Positions 1 through 9,650 of a stretch of 64,000 nucleotides of DNA are shown here, in pieces. Source of the DNA: Orbicella franksi (taxonomy: Eukaryota); NCBI GenBank assembly GCA_964199315.1, contig OZ116703.1:29946001-30010000 (forward strand). The letters run 5' to 3'. A model generated the notes under the pieces. That model saw only the letters and a list, made by a program, of their open reading frames with translations. It made no database searches and had not been told where the DNA came from. Position 1 is the stretch's first letter. Each line of letters starts with the position of its first letter. The position numbers were made by a program, and so were the translations under genes.

Positions 1-97
1 GAACTTTTTTCGAGGTTGTACTACAAATATCTTACAACTCGATGTCGTTTCAATACTATAATATATGTGGTAATCTGTGTCAGTTTGACTTTCCTAT

Positions 98-247
98 TGT
101 TGGGAACTAGTCCCGAGACCCCTCTCGGTCCCGGAATCCGGGACATAGATTGTGTATGTGAGGAGATCGCACATGGCATAAATACAGTTTCTCTTGCTGT
201 TAATACCTCGTCTGTTCCTTGCTTCTCGTGGCACGCAGCGCTAGACT
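98..247 (+). repeat. 5' LTR (150 bp)
   Basis: TGTTGGGAACTAG...GCGCTAGACT, identical base-for-base to 4915-5064 by manual comparison. Confidence 0.95.
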
Positions 248-265
248 TGGTGTCAGAAGTGGGAT
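248..265 (+). other. Primer-binding site complementary to the 3' end of tRNA-Leu
   Basis: TGGTGTCAGAAGTGGGAT is the reverse complement of ...ATCCCACTTCTGACA-CCA, the 3' end of eukaryotic tRNA-Leu(CAA). It abuts the 5' LTR. Confidence 0.85.
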
Positions 266-348
266 CAACCTTTTTTTTTAGAACCGCCCCAGCGAAAACT
301 TCGATCACGAAACCTCTTCTCGCAACGTTACGTTGGATACACAAACTC

Positions 349-3300
349 ATGGCGTCGAACCTCAAGCGCCCAGAACTCAACCTAACCGGAAACATTTCCG
401 AAAATTTTAAAAACTTCGAAGTCAGGTTCAATGATTATTGCGTTCAAGCAGACTACCGTAACCTGGACAAAGACCCAGAGACGGAGCCAGCCGAGTATTA
501 CAAGAAACCCCAGCTCGAAATCGCCGCACTTCGATCGGCCATGCCAGACGAAGCACTTCAGGTAATACGATACACGATAGAACCTCAGATCGCGACTGTT
601 CACAGAGCCAAACCTTGGATATGGATGGCGAAACTTCGCATCCACTACACGGGATCGACCGGCAGTTCAATTCTGGCCGACAGATTTAAGTTTTGGGGCC
701 ATAACCAAACCCTGACCGAATCGGTACAAGCATGGGAAGTAAGAATTAGGCAAGCCGGAAGCCTGTGCTCTTACGGAACACTCAGTGACGAAATGTACCG
801 CGACAAATTTATATTTGGACTCAACAACGACGCCATGCGAGCCGAGTTGCTAAAAACACATCTCAAGCCTGACAACACACCTAAGAGCATGGCAGATGTG
901 GTGACCGAAGCCAAGGCCCTAGAGTCTGCCTACACCGCAAACAAGCTGATAACCGACTCCTCAAAATCAACCACCGAGGAACGAGTCCACTGGGTGAAAC
1001 ATAAAGAAATGAAACTACGAAGAGAGCCTGGAACATGCCACTGGTGTGGAGACAAACGGGGACCTCACCCATGGAAACAATGCCCAGCACGGGGCAAAAC
1101 ATGCTCGAAATGCGGTATCAATGACCACTTCGCCAATGTCTGCCTGGCAAACGGCCAACCACTCCAACGACGGGGAGGCCCATTGCCTCCTTCCACTCGC
1201 AACAACCGGAACCCCAGCCAAACACCCAGTAACAGGGGCAGCAGTCGACGTCGGGAAGATGTGCATCACTTGCAATTTAGTGGAGACGAACCAACCGACC
1301 ACATGGTATATGCGGATTATTATCACGAGCAATGTTACTCTCTAGGAACTCCACAGAAGAAGAGGAAATACTTTGTAAAACTGGCCCTGTCAGCTACCGG
1401 CTCACACTTCCAGCCAATTACATTCCAAATTGACACAGCAGCCTCGTGCAACACCCTATCTCATAGTACCCTCACCACTCTAGGCCAAGACATCCACATG
1501 TCAAAATCACCTTTTCTCTTACAACCATATGGGAACACTCGCCCACTGAGACCTTTGGGCCAAGTCGAGCTGCTATGCCAAAGGAAAAATCAGTATGTCA
1601 CCCTAACCTTCCAAATCCTACCAGATGACATCATGGCCAACAAGCCCGCCCTCTTATCAGGGGGCGACAGTGAAAGATTGGGACTTATCAGAATTGAATC
1701 AGACACTATCTTCTCTCTATCTCCGTCAGTAACGATCGCCCACTACAACGAAGCACAGGACACCCCGCCCACTGCACAGGAAATGCAAGCACAAGAGCAA
1801 GTGGAATGCAACCACATCGAACAACTCCACAACAACAGACCAAGCACCTGCAACCCACTCCCTTCTCCGTCTCAACCGATCAACATCCCTGCTAAACGGC
1901 GACTACCCCCCGCAGGTGCGCTTCAAAAAGAACACATTCTAATGGAATATGCTGAGAACTTTGAAGGTCTCGGCTGCCTTGGGCCCCCTGTGCATTTTGA
2001 AATCAAACACGATGTAACACCAGTTCAAATGCCTATCCACCGCATCCCAGTGGCCAAACGGGCGGCAGAAAAGAGTGCCCTAGACAAATACGAGAACGCC
2101 GGCATCATAACTAAGGTTGATGAACCAACTCCATGGTGCTCAAATGAAGTCATCAGAGAAACTCCCAGAAAAGTCCGACTATGCATCGACCCCAGCCAGA
2201 CGGTAAATAAAGCCATCCTTCGTCCCATTTACCAAATGCCAACCCTCAACGAGCAGCTTCATAAACTAGCCCATGCAAAATGCTTCTCTCTTGTTGATGT
2301 ACGCGATGGATTCCTCCACATACCTCTTGACGAAGAGTCCTCGCGCATGACCACAATGCACACCTCTTATGGCCGCTACCGCTGGCAACGCCTTCCCTTC
2401 GGGATCTCAAGTGCTCCAGAAGAATTTCAGATGCGACTTATTTCTGCTCTGGAGGGTCTAGAGGGCATAATCTGTATAGCTGACGACATTTTGGTCTTTG
2501 GAGAGGGAACAGATTTCACTGAAGCTGAGCGAGATCATGATCGTCGCTTTGTAGCCCTAATGGAACGTTGCCTCCAAAAGAACATTAAACTAAACCCCAC
2601 AAAACTGCAGTTCAAGTTACCAGAGGTGAAGTTTATGGGCAACATCATCACAGCAAATGGGATGAAAGCTGACCCTGACAAAGTCACTGCGATAACTACT
2701 ATGCCCAAACCGAGAAACAAGGCAGCCCTCTTACGCTTTCTGGGAATGGCCAACTACCTATCGCCATACTGCTCAAATCTGAGTACCGTCATTAGACCCC
2801 TCACTGCCCTAACACAGAAAGATCTCCCATTCTCCTGGACAGAGGTTCAAGAAAGAGCATTCAATGATGCAAAGCAATTGATCGCCACTGCACCAATCCT
2901 CCAATACTATGATCTAGCGAAACCTGTGGTACTCCAAGTAGACGCCAGCGAAGAAGGCCTGGGGGGAGCGCTCCTCCAACCAAATGCTGACGGTAAACTC
3001 CAACCAGTCGCCTTTACCTCAAACAGCCTGAACAGCACAGAACAGCGCTACTCTCAACTCGAAAAGGAATGTCTTGCCATCTGCAACACGTTTGGGAAAT
3101 TTGATCATTGGCTATTTGGCAAGTCAGACATCACAGTGCACACCGACCACCAACCCCTAGAAACCATCTACAAGAAACCACTTCATAAGTCACCCGCACG
3201 TCTTCAGCGAATGCTAATGCGACTTCAGAGATATCAGTTTAGCCTACATTACAAGAAAGGTACAAGCCTTCATATAGCAGACACACTATCCCGCGCTGCT

Positions 3301-4812
3301 TTACCCACCCCAGTGCATGCAAATGTAACAGGGTTTGAAGTGTTCCGCCTTGAACTTGAACACTCCGAGAATGACCACAACCCCCGTCTCACAGATGTCA
3401 CAGAAGAACTCCTCAAATCAGAAACCAAAAGGGATCAAACCCTGACTGATCTACAACAAACTATCATCTCTGGCTGGCCCGACGACAAACAACACCTGGC
3501 CACCAACCTCCGCCCTTTCTGGACCTTCAGAGAGGAACTAAGCATACACAATGGAATCATTTACAAAGGTCAGCAAGTCCTAGTTCCACAGTCCATGTAC
3601 TCAACAATGCTTGGGAAAATACATGCGAACCACTTTGGAGCAGAGTCAAACATTCGCATGGCCCGCGAAGTCCTATTCTGGCCAGGCATGAGGAAAGCCA
3701 TTTCAGACATGTGCGACACCTGCAGTGTCTGTGTCCAGTACAGTAAAACTCTTACAAAAGAACCTATGAAGTCGTTACCAATCCCAACGCAGCCGTGGCA
3801 AATTGTGAGCCAAGATATCTTTAGCCATGAGCAGAAGGACTACCTGGTTACTGTCTGCCATTTCTCGGACTGGATAGAAGTCGACGAACTCCAGGACACC
3901 CTCTCCGCCACAGTAATAAACAAGACCAAGGCCCACTTTGCGCGGTTTGGCATACCACAGATGTGCCATACTGACAATGGCTCACAATTCGCAAGCAAGG
4001 AATATGAGGACTTTGCCACACAATATGGATTCAAACACACTACCTCCTCACCATATCACCCTAGAGGCAATGGGAGAGCCGAAGCTGCCGTCAAAGTGGC
4101 CAAAACAGCACTGAAGAAATCCACTGACCTCCAGTCCGCACTGCTAAATTACAGGAACACGCCGCCCCAGGGACTCACATATTCACCTGCACAGCGTATG
4201 CTCTGTCGACGTACAAGAACAACACTGCCAACACCAAACCACCTCATCAAGCCTTCACCCGTGAACCTAGCTGTCGTCACTCAAGAGCTCACCTTGAAGC
4301 GAGCTGCGAGCAAACGCTACTACGACAGCTCACCAACCAAAGTACATCCCGAGCTTGCTGTTGGCTCAAGTGTTTATGCGAAACCTCCACCTACACAGAG
4401 GGGTCATCCATGGATACAGGGAACTATCCTCTCCCAGGACAGACCCAGATCATACACCATTCAGACACCGAACAGCACCATCCGTAGAAACCGGGTTCAT
4501 ATCACGCCAACAGTTGAACAGTCTCCTCCACCAACACAGACCACCCCTCCGCCACTGATCCAGGAACCACCACCGGACAACGGCAACGTCACCATAACAC
4601 CACAAGCAGAAGAAACTGTAGTTACATGTAACAATCATCCCCCAGCGCAGACACAACACGCAGAAACAGAGAGACTCTCAAAAAATGGGTCCACGAATCT
4701 TGCAACTCTAGCCAGCCAAGACAAACCTACAGAACCCATTCTAGGGAACACAAGAACAAGAACGAGGATCATCAAACCTCCTTCGAGGTTTGAAGACTAT
4801 GAACTGACCTAG
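349..4812 (+). CDS. gag-pol: Gag-Pol polyprotein (1487 aa from the first ATG after the PBS)
   Basis: Zinc knuckles (CHWCG...H...C; CSKCGINDHFANVC), aspartic protease (FQIDTAAS), RT (LPFG; IADDILV), RNase H (VDAS...EKECLAI...TDHQPL), integrase HHCC and DDE core (SQDIF, HTDNGSQF, GRAEAAVK), and the terminal RIIKPPSRFEDY motif. No internal stop or frameshift. Confidence 0.95.
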   Translation: MASNLKRPELNLTGNISENFKNFEVRFNDYCVQADYRNLDKDPETEPAEYYKKPQLEIAALRSAMPDEALQVIRYTIEPQIATVHRAKPWIWMAKLRIHYTGSTGSSILADRFKFWGHNQTLTESVQAWEVRIRQAGSLCSYGTLSDEMYRDKFIFGLNNDAMRAELLKTHLKPDNTPKSMADVVTEAKALESAYTANKLITDSSKSTTEERVHWVKHKEMKLRREPGTCHWCGDKRGPHPWKQCPARGKTCSKCGINDHFANVCLANGQPLQRRGGPLPPSTRNNRNPSQTPSNRGSSRRREDVHHLQFSGDEPTDHMVYADYYHEQCYSLGTPQKKRKYFVKLALSATGSHFQPITFQIDTAASCNTLSHSTLTTLGQDIHMSKSPFLLQPYGNTRPLRPLGQVELLCQRKNQYVTLTFQILPDDIMANKPALLSGGDSERLGLIRIESDTIFSLSPSVTIAHYNEAQDTPPTAQEMQAQEQVECNHIEQLHNNRPSTCNPLPSPSQPINIPAKRRLPPAGALQKEHILMEYAENFEGLGCLGPPVHFEIKHDVTPVQMPIHRIPVAKRAAEKSALDKYENAGIITKVDEPTPWCSNEVIRETPRKVRLCIDPSQTVNKAILRPIYQMPTLNEQLHKLAHAKCFSLVDVRDGFLHIPLDEESSRMTTMHTSYGRYRWQRLPFGISSAPEEFQMRLISALEGLEGIICIADDILVFGEGTDFTEAERDHDRRFVALMERCLQKNIKLNPTKLQFKLPEVKFMGNIITANGMKADPDKVTAITTMPKPRNKAALLRFLGMANYLSPYCSNLSTVIRPLTALTQKDLPFSWTEVQERAFNDAKQLIATAPILQYYDLAKPVVLQVDASEEGLGGALLQPNADGKLQPVAFTSNSLNSTEQRYSQLEKECLAICNTFGKFDHWLFGKSDITVHTDHQPLETIYKKPLHKSPARLQRMLMRLQRYQFSLHYKKGTSLHIADTLSRAALPTPVHANVTGFEVFRLELEHSENDHNPRLTDVTEELLKSETKRDQTLTDLQQTIISGWPDDKQHLATNLRPFWTFREELSIHNGIIYKGQQVLVPQSMYSTMLGKIHANHFGAESNIRMAREVLFWPGMRKAISDMCDTCSVCVQYSKTLTKEPMKSLPIPTQPWQIVSQDIFSHEQKDYLVTVCHFSDWIEVDELQDTLSATVINKTKAHFARFGIPQMCHTDNGSQFASKEYEDFATQYGFKHTTSSPYHPRGNGRAEAAVKVAKTALKKSTDLQSALLNYRNTPPQGLTYSPAQRMLCRRTRTTLPTPNHLIKPSPVNLAVVTQELTLKRAASKRYYDSSPTKVHPELAVGSSVYAKPPPTQRGHPWIQGTILSQDRPRSYTIQTPNSTIRRNRVHITPTVEQSPPPTQTTPPPLIQEPPPDNGNVTITPQAEETVVTCNNHPPAQTQHAETERLSKNGSTNLATLASQDKPTEPILGNTRTRTRIIKPPSRFEDYELT

Positions 4813-4903
4813 AGGTCTACATTGACTTACAGTTGCTTATTCTCTTAGGCCATTTATAGGGCCCATTGTGGTATTTTGTAAGAGACATTTCTTTTTTTTA
4901 TAT

Positions 4904-4914
4904 AAGGGGGGAGA
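4904..4914 (+). other. Polypurine tract
   Basis: AAGGGGGGAGA immediately 5' of the 3' LTR. Confidence 0.9.
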
Positions 4915-5064
4915 TGTTGGGAACTAGTCCCGAGACCCCTCTCGGTCCCGGAATCCGGGACATAGATTGTGTATGTGAGGAGATCGCACATGGCATAAAT
5001 ACAGTTTCTCTTGCTGTTAATACCTCGTCTGTTCCTTGCTTCTCGTGGCACGCAGCGCTAGACT
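4915..5064 (+). repeat. 3' LTR (150 bp)
   Basis: Identical to 98-247 and followed by the TSD CTAT. Confidence 0.95.
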
Positions 5065-7525
5065 CTATTTCCTACGTGACGTAATACGTTAATGATTGTG
5101 CCGCTTCATTGATTTGTTTTGTTCTTTTTGCGTTTTAAATATTACCATCACGGACATTTCTAAACAAAACCCTTCTTTTTTTATGTCACTGCGCATGATA
5201 TACCGTACACTCTATGTACAACAAGAAACTACTACGTAAGGAACGTCCCTTCAATTAAATAGAATTGTACGCAAGTTGAGAGACTAAACTAAGTGGAACG
5301 TTGTACGACTCAGTTGATATTTATTAATATGTTGGGATAAAAATCGTATAGAAATGTTACAATATTCTTCCACGAGTGCTTGAAATTTCTTCAAAGAAAC
5401 GCTGAAAAGGACCTACAAGCTTTGTTAATATGGCGAGGGATCCGTAATCATCACCTTTACATATTTTAAAACTTCCTACGATTGATGGATCTGATGCCGA
5501 TGTGGACCGCTGGCACTAAAACTAACAACTGCAAATCATGATAAATTATTTCAAATACTAGTAGTTATCAAAGATCATGATTGCGTTCGACACTGTCACT
5601 TTCATATATATACCTTAAATGATTTAACTAGCTGACTTTCAACATTTTTCATGAACAACCGAGGTTTTACACACACAGATATATCATAGTGTCAAAGTCC
5701 ATGCCAGTGAAGAGGTCCCCTGTATAGACTACGATGGCCGATTTGTTGTTCAAAACGTTGCGTGACGGCGCCAGTTTCCGTAGACTGGCAAAAATACTAC
5801 GCCTTAAAAATTTCATGTTTTGACGTAAACTCAGCGTGAATTCAAAATGTAAACAAAAAACCAAGTTTGAACTCTGGCCTGTAAGCAATTTTAAAGCTCC
5901 CATTCGATTTGCGTTCATGAAAATCTTGTTTGCCCAAAAGGAAATTCGTTTTGGTTTGTGGCACAATTTCATAATTCAGGCTCTGCGTCTATGCCAAGTT
6001 TTTTTTTTTTTTTTGTTATTTTCAATTTACTTTCAATGACCTGAGACTAAAGGGGACCAGAACAACATAATCATTTACATTCATGTAAAATAAATAAACT
6101 GTTATTCACTAGGCCGTTTAACTAGCTGAACATTCTTTCTAGGTGTTTGATTACATACCAACATTCTCTAGTTAAATGTGCGGCTTCTGTTTCCACTCTT
6201 TTAGCCCGCTATAACGAGCTAGACAACTCGGTAAGATGGTTCTATAACCACGAATCATGGCCATCTGCCGAGCTACACAACTCGGTAAGTTAAAGTAATA
6301 TAATTTGCGCACAGAAATCAAAGCCAGCAAGGGGAAACGACACATTTCCTCCATCGATTTATTCCGCACAACGCAGTGTTGGTTTTTGACAACAGGGAGC
6401 CGAACTGCACCTTTGTCAAGTTGTCCCAAAAGTCGTACACATTTCGTGAAAACACTGATAAATTTTAGCTACAAGGTCATTTAACGCCATAACTCTAACT
6501 TCAAACTTCAAATACGCAACTTGCCGGTAACAGCAGATAAACACATGGAGACGCGACTAGCATGGACATGACGTCATTCGCTCCTGAAGAATTTTTTTGG
6601 GGGGCCAAATTGGTGTCCCCCGATAGATAGATAGAGAGATAGATACACAGGTCTCCAATTTTTATGCGTTACGCGATTAGAACTACGTTCTGGCGAACAC
6701 AATAAACGATAAGGGAAAATACGGTGACTCCGACTCTCCCCCGACAGTCTCTATCCCTGTTCGAGCATGTCCGAGCTAACAAAAAACCTCAGGTCCCTCA
6801 TAACATTTCAGTCTAAGTCCTTTTTTGCGAGGCAAATTTCAGATAAAGTAGCTTACAAGCCTTAAAATGTACAAAGAAAGGAAAGGCCGCTGTCCTGACT
6901 GACTGCGTGGCGTTTTAGGGGCGCCAACGATACTTAAGATCGGAGCAGATACAAAAGGTACGCTTTACACTGTACTACTTGAGGTACCAACTCTCTGAAG
7001 AAACCACTTAACGTCCTACAGACTCCCGGTCGGGCGTCTAATCAGCACATAGCTTCATAAAAAGTAGAAACTTTTTTTTACGATTTTTGGAAATCACGCC
7101 ACCAGCGTTACTTTGTAATGTTTTTTGGGTGTCCCACTACTGTATGTACTGTACTGTACTGTTTATTTATTTATTTATAATTATAATCTTGTAAATTCTT
7201 TTAGTTGTTTACAGTAGTAGAAATAAATTGTTGTTGTTGTTGTTTTCCCTCAAGTGTTGTTGCCCGAATCATGACCGTTTTGCCGGAAAAATTACGTAAT
7301 TTTTCGTAGCTGAGGGGCTGCAGCACCCCTCGCCCTCCCCCAGCTCGTACGCTTATGTTTGAGGCTAGATTGTAGTTAGAAAAGAGGTAAATCTCCCTTC
7401 TTCTCCCTTCTCCCTTCTTTGATCATTGTTGCTTAAAATCATTCTTAGCCGTTAAACGAAAAAAGCACCAAAAAAAAAAAATTTTTTTTTCTTTTTTTCT
7501 GAACAACAAGCTTTAACAACTCTTA

Positions 7526-7963
7526 GGCCCCGGCTAAACGACTGCAACAGTTCAACACAACATATCGCAACATTGTTGGCCCAGTATTTGCAAGCCCCGG
7601 CCAAACGATCGCAACATTTCGATGCAACATATAGCAACATTGTTGGGTACAACGTGTTGCGTGCGTTTAGCCACTCTGTCGCGACGTGTTGCGACATCTT
7701 GGGAGTTGAAAATCGAACTAATGCGCATGGCCTAACGCAACACAGTTGCACGAGCCTGGCCAAAGGACTACAAAATCATGTAACATCCACAAATGTTGCG
7801 TGAAAATTTTGACCATTTTCAAATTTGAGCCAAGAACACCCAAGTCACCCAACATGTCGCAAACACGTCGCATCCGGCATGGTGGCCAAACGCGTGCAAC
7901 ATATTGCGCCCAAAAATGTTGCGATATGTTGCGTTGAAATGTTGCAATCATTTGGCCGGGGTT
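7526..7963. mobile_element. PIF/Harbinger-type MITE
   Basis: Imperfect TIRs GGCCCCGGCTAAACGACTGCAACA / TGTTGCAATCATTTGGCCGGGGTT, with TTA on both flanks (7523-7525, 7964-7966). A second internal copy of the left end starts at about 7593. No coding capacity. Confidence 0.75.
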
Positions 7964-7969
7964 TTAGAC

Positions 7970-8452
7970 TTATACAGACCTATACCGCAATGTATATTGT
8001 ACATTTTGGATGAAAAAAAAAAATTGCAAACTGAAAACATTAAATTTCTCTTGTGGTCCAATAATTTCCAGTAAAATAATTTCTTGATTATTGGTAATAC
8101 AACATGGCTCCAAAGGCTTGGCCATGTTAACAAAGCAGCATGAATAAATAAAAGTACTGGATACCATCACCTTGCCTGAACCAAAACTGGTTAAGAAAGT
8201 CGATTCTTGAAAATATCGAGGGGCTGGAGCCAGGTTCATATTAAATTTTAAAACGTTCTTTGAAACGCTCAAACAGTGGCGAAAGGCTTCAGGATAGTAA
8301 ATCCTGCATGATCTCATAACCGTGTCATTGACTTCAATAACGCCCCTAATATCGTGAAAGGCAATTATCGCATTAGAAAGTTTTTTGAAACTTGCCTCAC
8401 CATGAAGACCCCCAGTGAGCACTAACACTATCAGGGCACTGACACACAGCAT
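7970..8452 (-). CDS. Candidate secreted orphan protein (possibly only a first exon, 8452-8171)
   Basis: ATG 8452 is followed by a signal-peptide-like stretch (MLCVSALIVLVLTGGLHG), an NDT sequon and two Cys. Possible GT donors at 8170 and 8164. No recognisable family. Confidence 0.25.
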   Translation of the reverse strand: MLCVSALIVLVLTGGLHGEASFKKLSNAIIAFHDIRGVIEVNDTVMRSCRIYYPEAFRHCLSVSKNVLKFNMNLAPAPRYFQESTFLTSFGSGKVMVSSTFIYSCCFVNMAKPLEPCCITNNQEIILLEIIGPQEKFNVFSLQFFFFIQNVQYTLRYRSV

Positions 8453-8999
8453 TCTTTTAAGCAAAAATTTATAAGTTTGTTTCCATCGTTTTATGTCATT
8501 GTATTTTTCCGTATCACACTATATTTTCAACTTTTTATTTCCCCATTCATCATTTCATCTGTTGAAGACTGCGGTTTAGGCAGTAGAAAGCTTGTGTTAT
8601 AAGAATTCTTAAATTCTTAGTTAAAGGACGTCTTAGACTGAAAAGGTTTTGTGTTCTTATTGTTCACCGTGGAAAGGTTGGTGACTAGTGTCTGCGTGGA
8701 TCAGACGACGGGATGAAAATTAGCAACATGCAGTTGACATCAATGGGTTGACCTCGGAACGAAGGAGGAATTCAAGTGAACCTCACATAAGCGTAAAATT
8801 CATGGCTAAAATGTAGACAGACTGTCTTGCCAAGTAAAACTCTCCTAACTAAGTGCATTACTAGCAATGACACCACAACGGCTCCATAACAGTTGAAAAT
8901 GATGTAGCTCAGCTGTTTGATGACTCGTTCAATGTTTCAGCTGGAACAGTTAGGCGGAGTAAAAAACGCGGCATGAATTGAAGAATGGCAGAGGAAAGA

Positions 9000-9650
9000 T
9001 TATCTCCGAAAATTTCCATTCTCCACTGAATTGTGTCCATACTGAAGCATACTAACGTCCTGTATGTATTCAAAGCTGAGTTTTCTTTTCGCTTGTAAGT
9101 TCACTTCTGAAGGAAAGAAAGCGCCTTCGTTCACTGTAAGGAATTGGGTTACAAATTTACCATACTTTGGCTGGAACAAGGAAGCAGCGAGTGTTTCATG
9201 ACTGCAGTTTTTCTTGGAAACTTCGGAAAAGGTTAAGTTGATTCGGCTGATCGATCTTATGTAGCTAGAGTCTGGTTTGCGGCCTTGAGACCCTTCAGAG
9301 CTCGGTTCCGGCGAAAGGAAGCTTTCATCAGTTTTATTACTTCGTTTAATGGGCCGTTTTTCAACAGCCCAGGTTGAATTGTTGAAAGTCTCTTTTGTTG
9401 CGCTGTCCTCTTGCTTGTTAACTAGTTCGCCAGTGCAATTTGTTGATTCGGCGTTTAAACCAAGAGCACCCGAGTTTATTTTACTTATCCTTTTCAGCAA
9501 ATCACGCGAGGACTTGTCATTCTTCCAAAATAGTTTGTGGACGCGAAGAATTTGTGGTTGACGAGCAAGAGAAATGTGGTCGGTTTTGTCTGCCAGCCAG
9601 CCATTGCAAACACCTTCTGCCACGTTTGGTAATGCTGAAAGTTGTGCCAT
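9000..9650 (-). CDS. Orphan RKPDS-motif protein, paralogue 1 (216 aa)
   Basis: ATG at 9650 (the track's 9668 start is GTG). Shares the ordered blocks ALPNVAE, LRVHKLFW, RKPDSSYI and EYIQ with the ORFs at 14.5 kb and/or 18.0 kb. Strong splice acceptor at 9755-9756 upstream. Confidence 0.6.
   Translation of the reverse strand: MAQLSALPNVAEGVCNGWLADKTDHISLARQPQILRVHKLFWKNDKSSRDLLKRISKINSGALGLNAESTNCTGELVNKQEDSATKETFNNSTWAVEKRPIKRSNKTDESFLSPEPSSEGSQGRKPDSSYIRSISRINLTFSEVSKKNCSHETLAASLFQPKYGKFVTQFLTVNEGAFFPSEVNLQAKRKLSFEYIQDVSMLQYGHNSVENGNFRR

Larger units (their letters stand above)
98..5064 (+). mobile_element. Full-length Ty3/Gypsy LTR retrotransposon (Mag-like), apparently intact
   Basis: Two identical 150-bp direct repeats (98-247, 4915-5064). 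CTAT flanks both sides (94-97, 5065-5068). PBS directly after the 5' LTR, PPT directly before the 3' LTR. Single ORF with domain order Gag-PR-RT-RH-IN (Gypsy order). Confidence 0.97.

Noticed and set aside
16-348. N-terminal 111 codons of the 1598-aa ORF, running through the flank, 5' LTR and PBS
   Set aside because: It starts at a TTG outside the element and has no in-frame ATG before 349. A stop-free frame of this length can occur by chance. The same applies to ORF 4866-5084 over the 3' LTR.
6172-6429. 85-aa ORF with an internal LPSC.AR repeat
   Set aside because: The repeat is a DNA-level duplicated motif (TTACCGAGTTGT.TAGCTCG) within repeat-like sequence. There is no ATG start and no recognisable domain.
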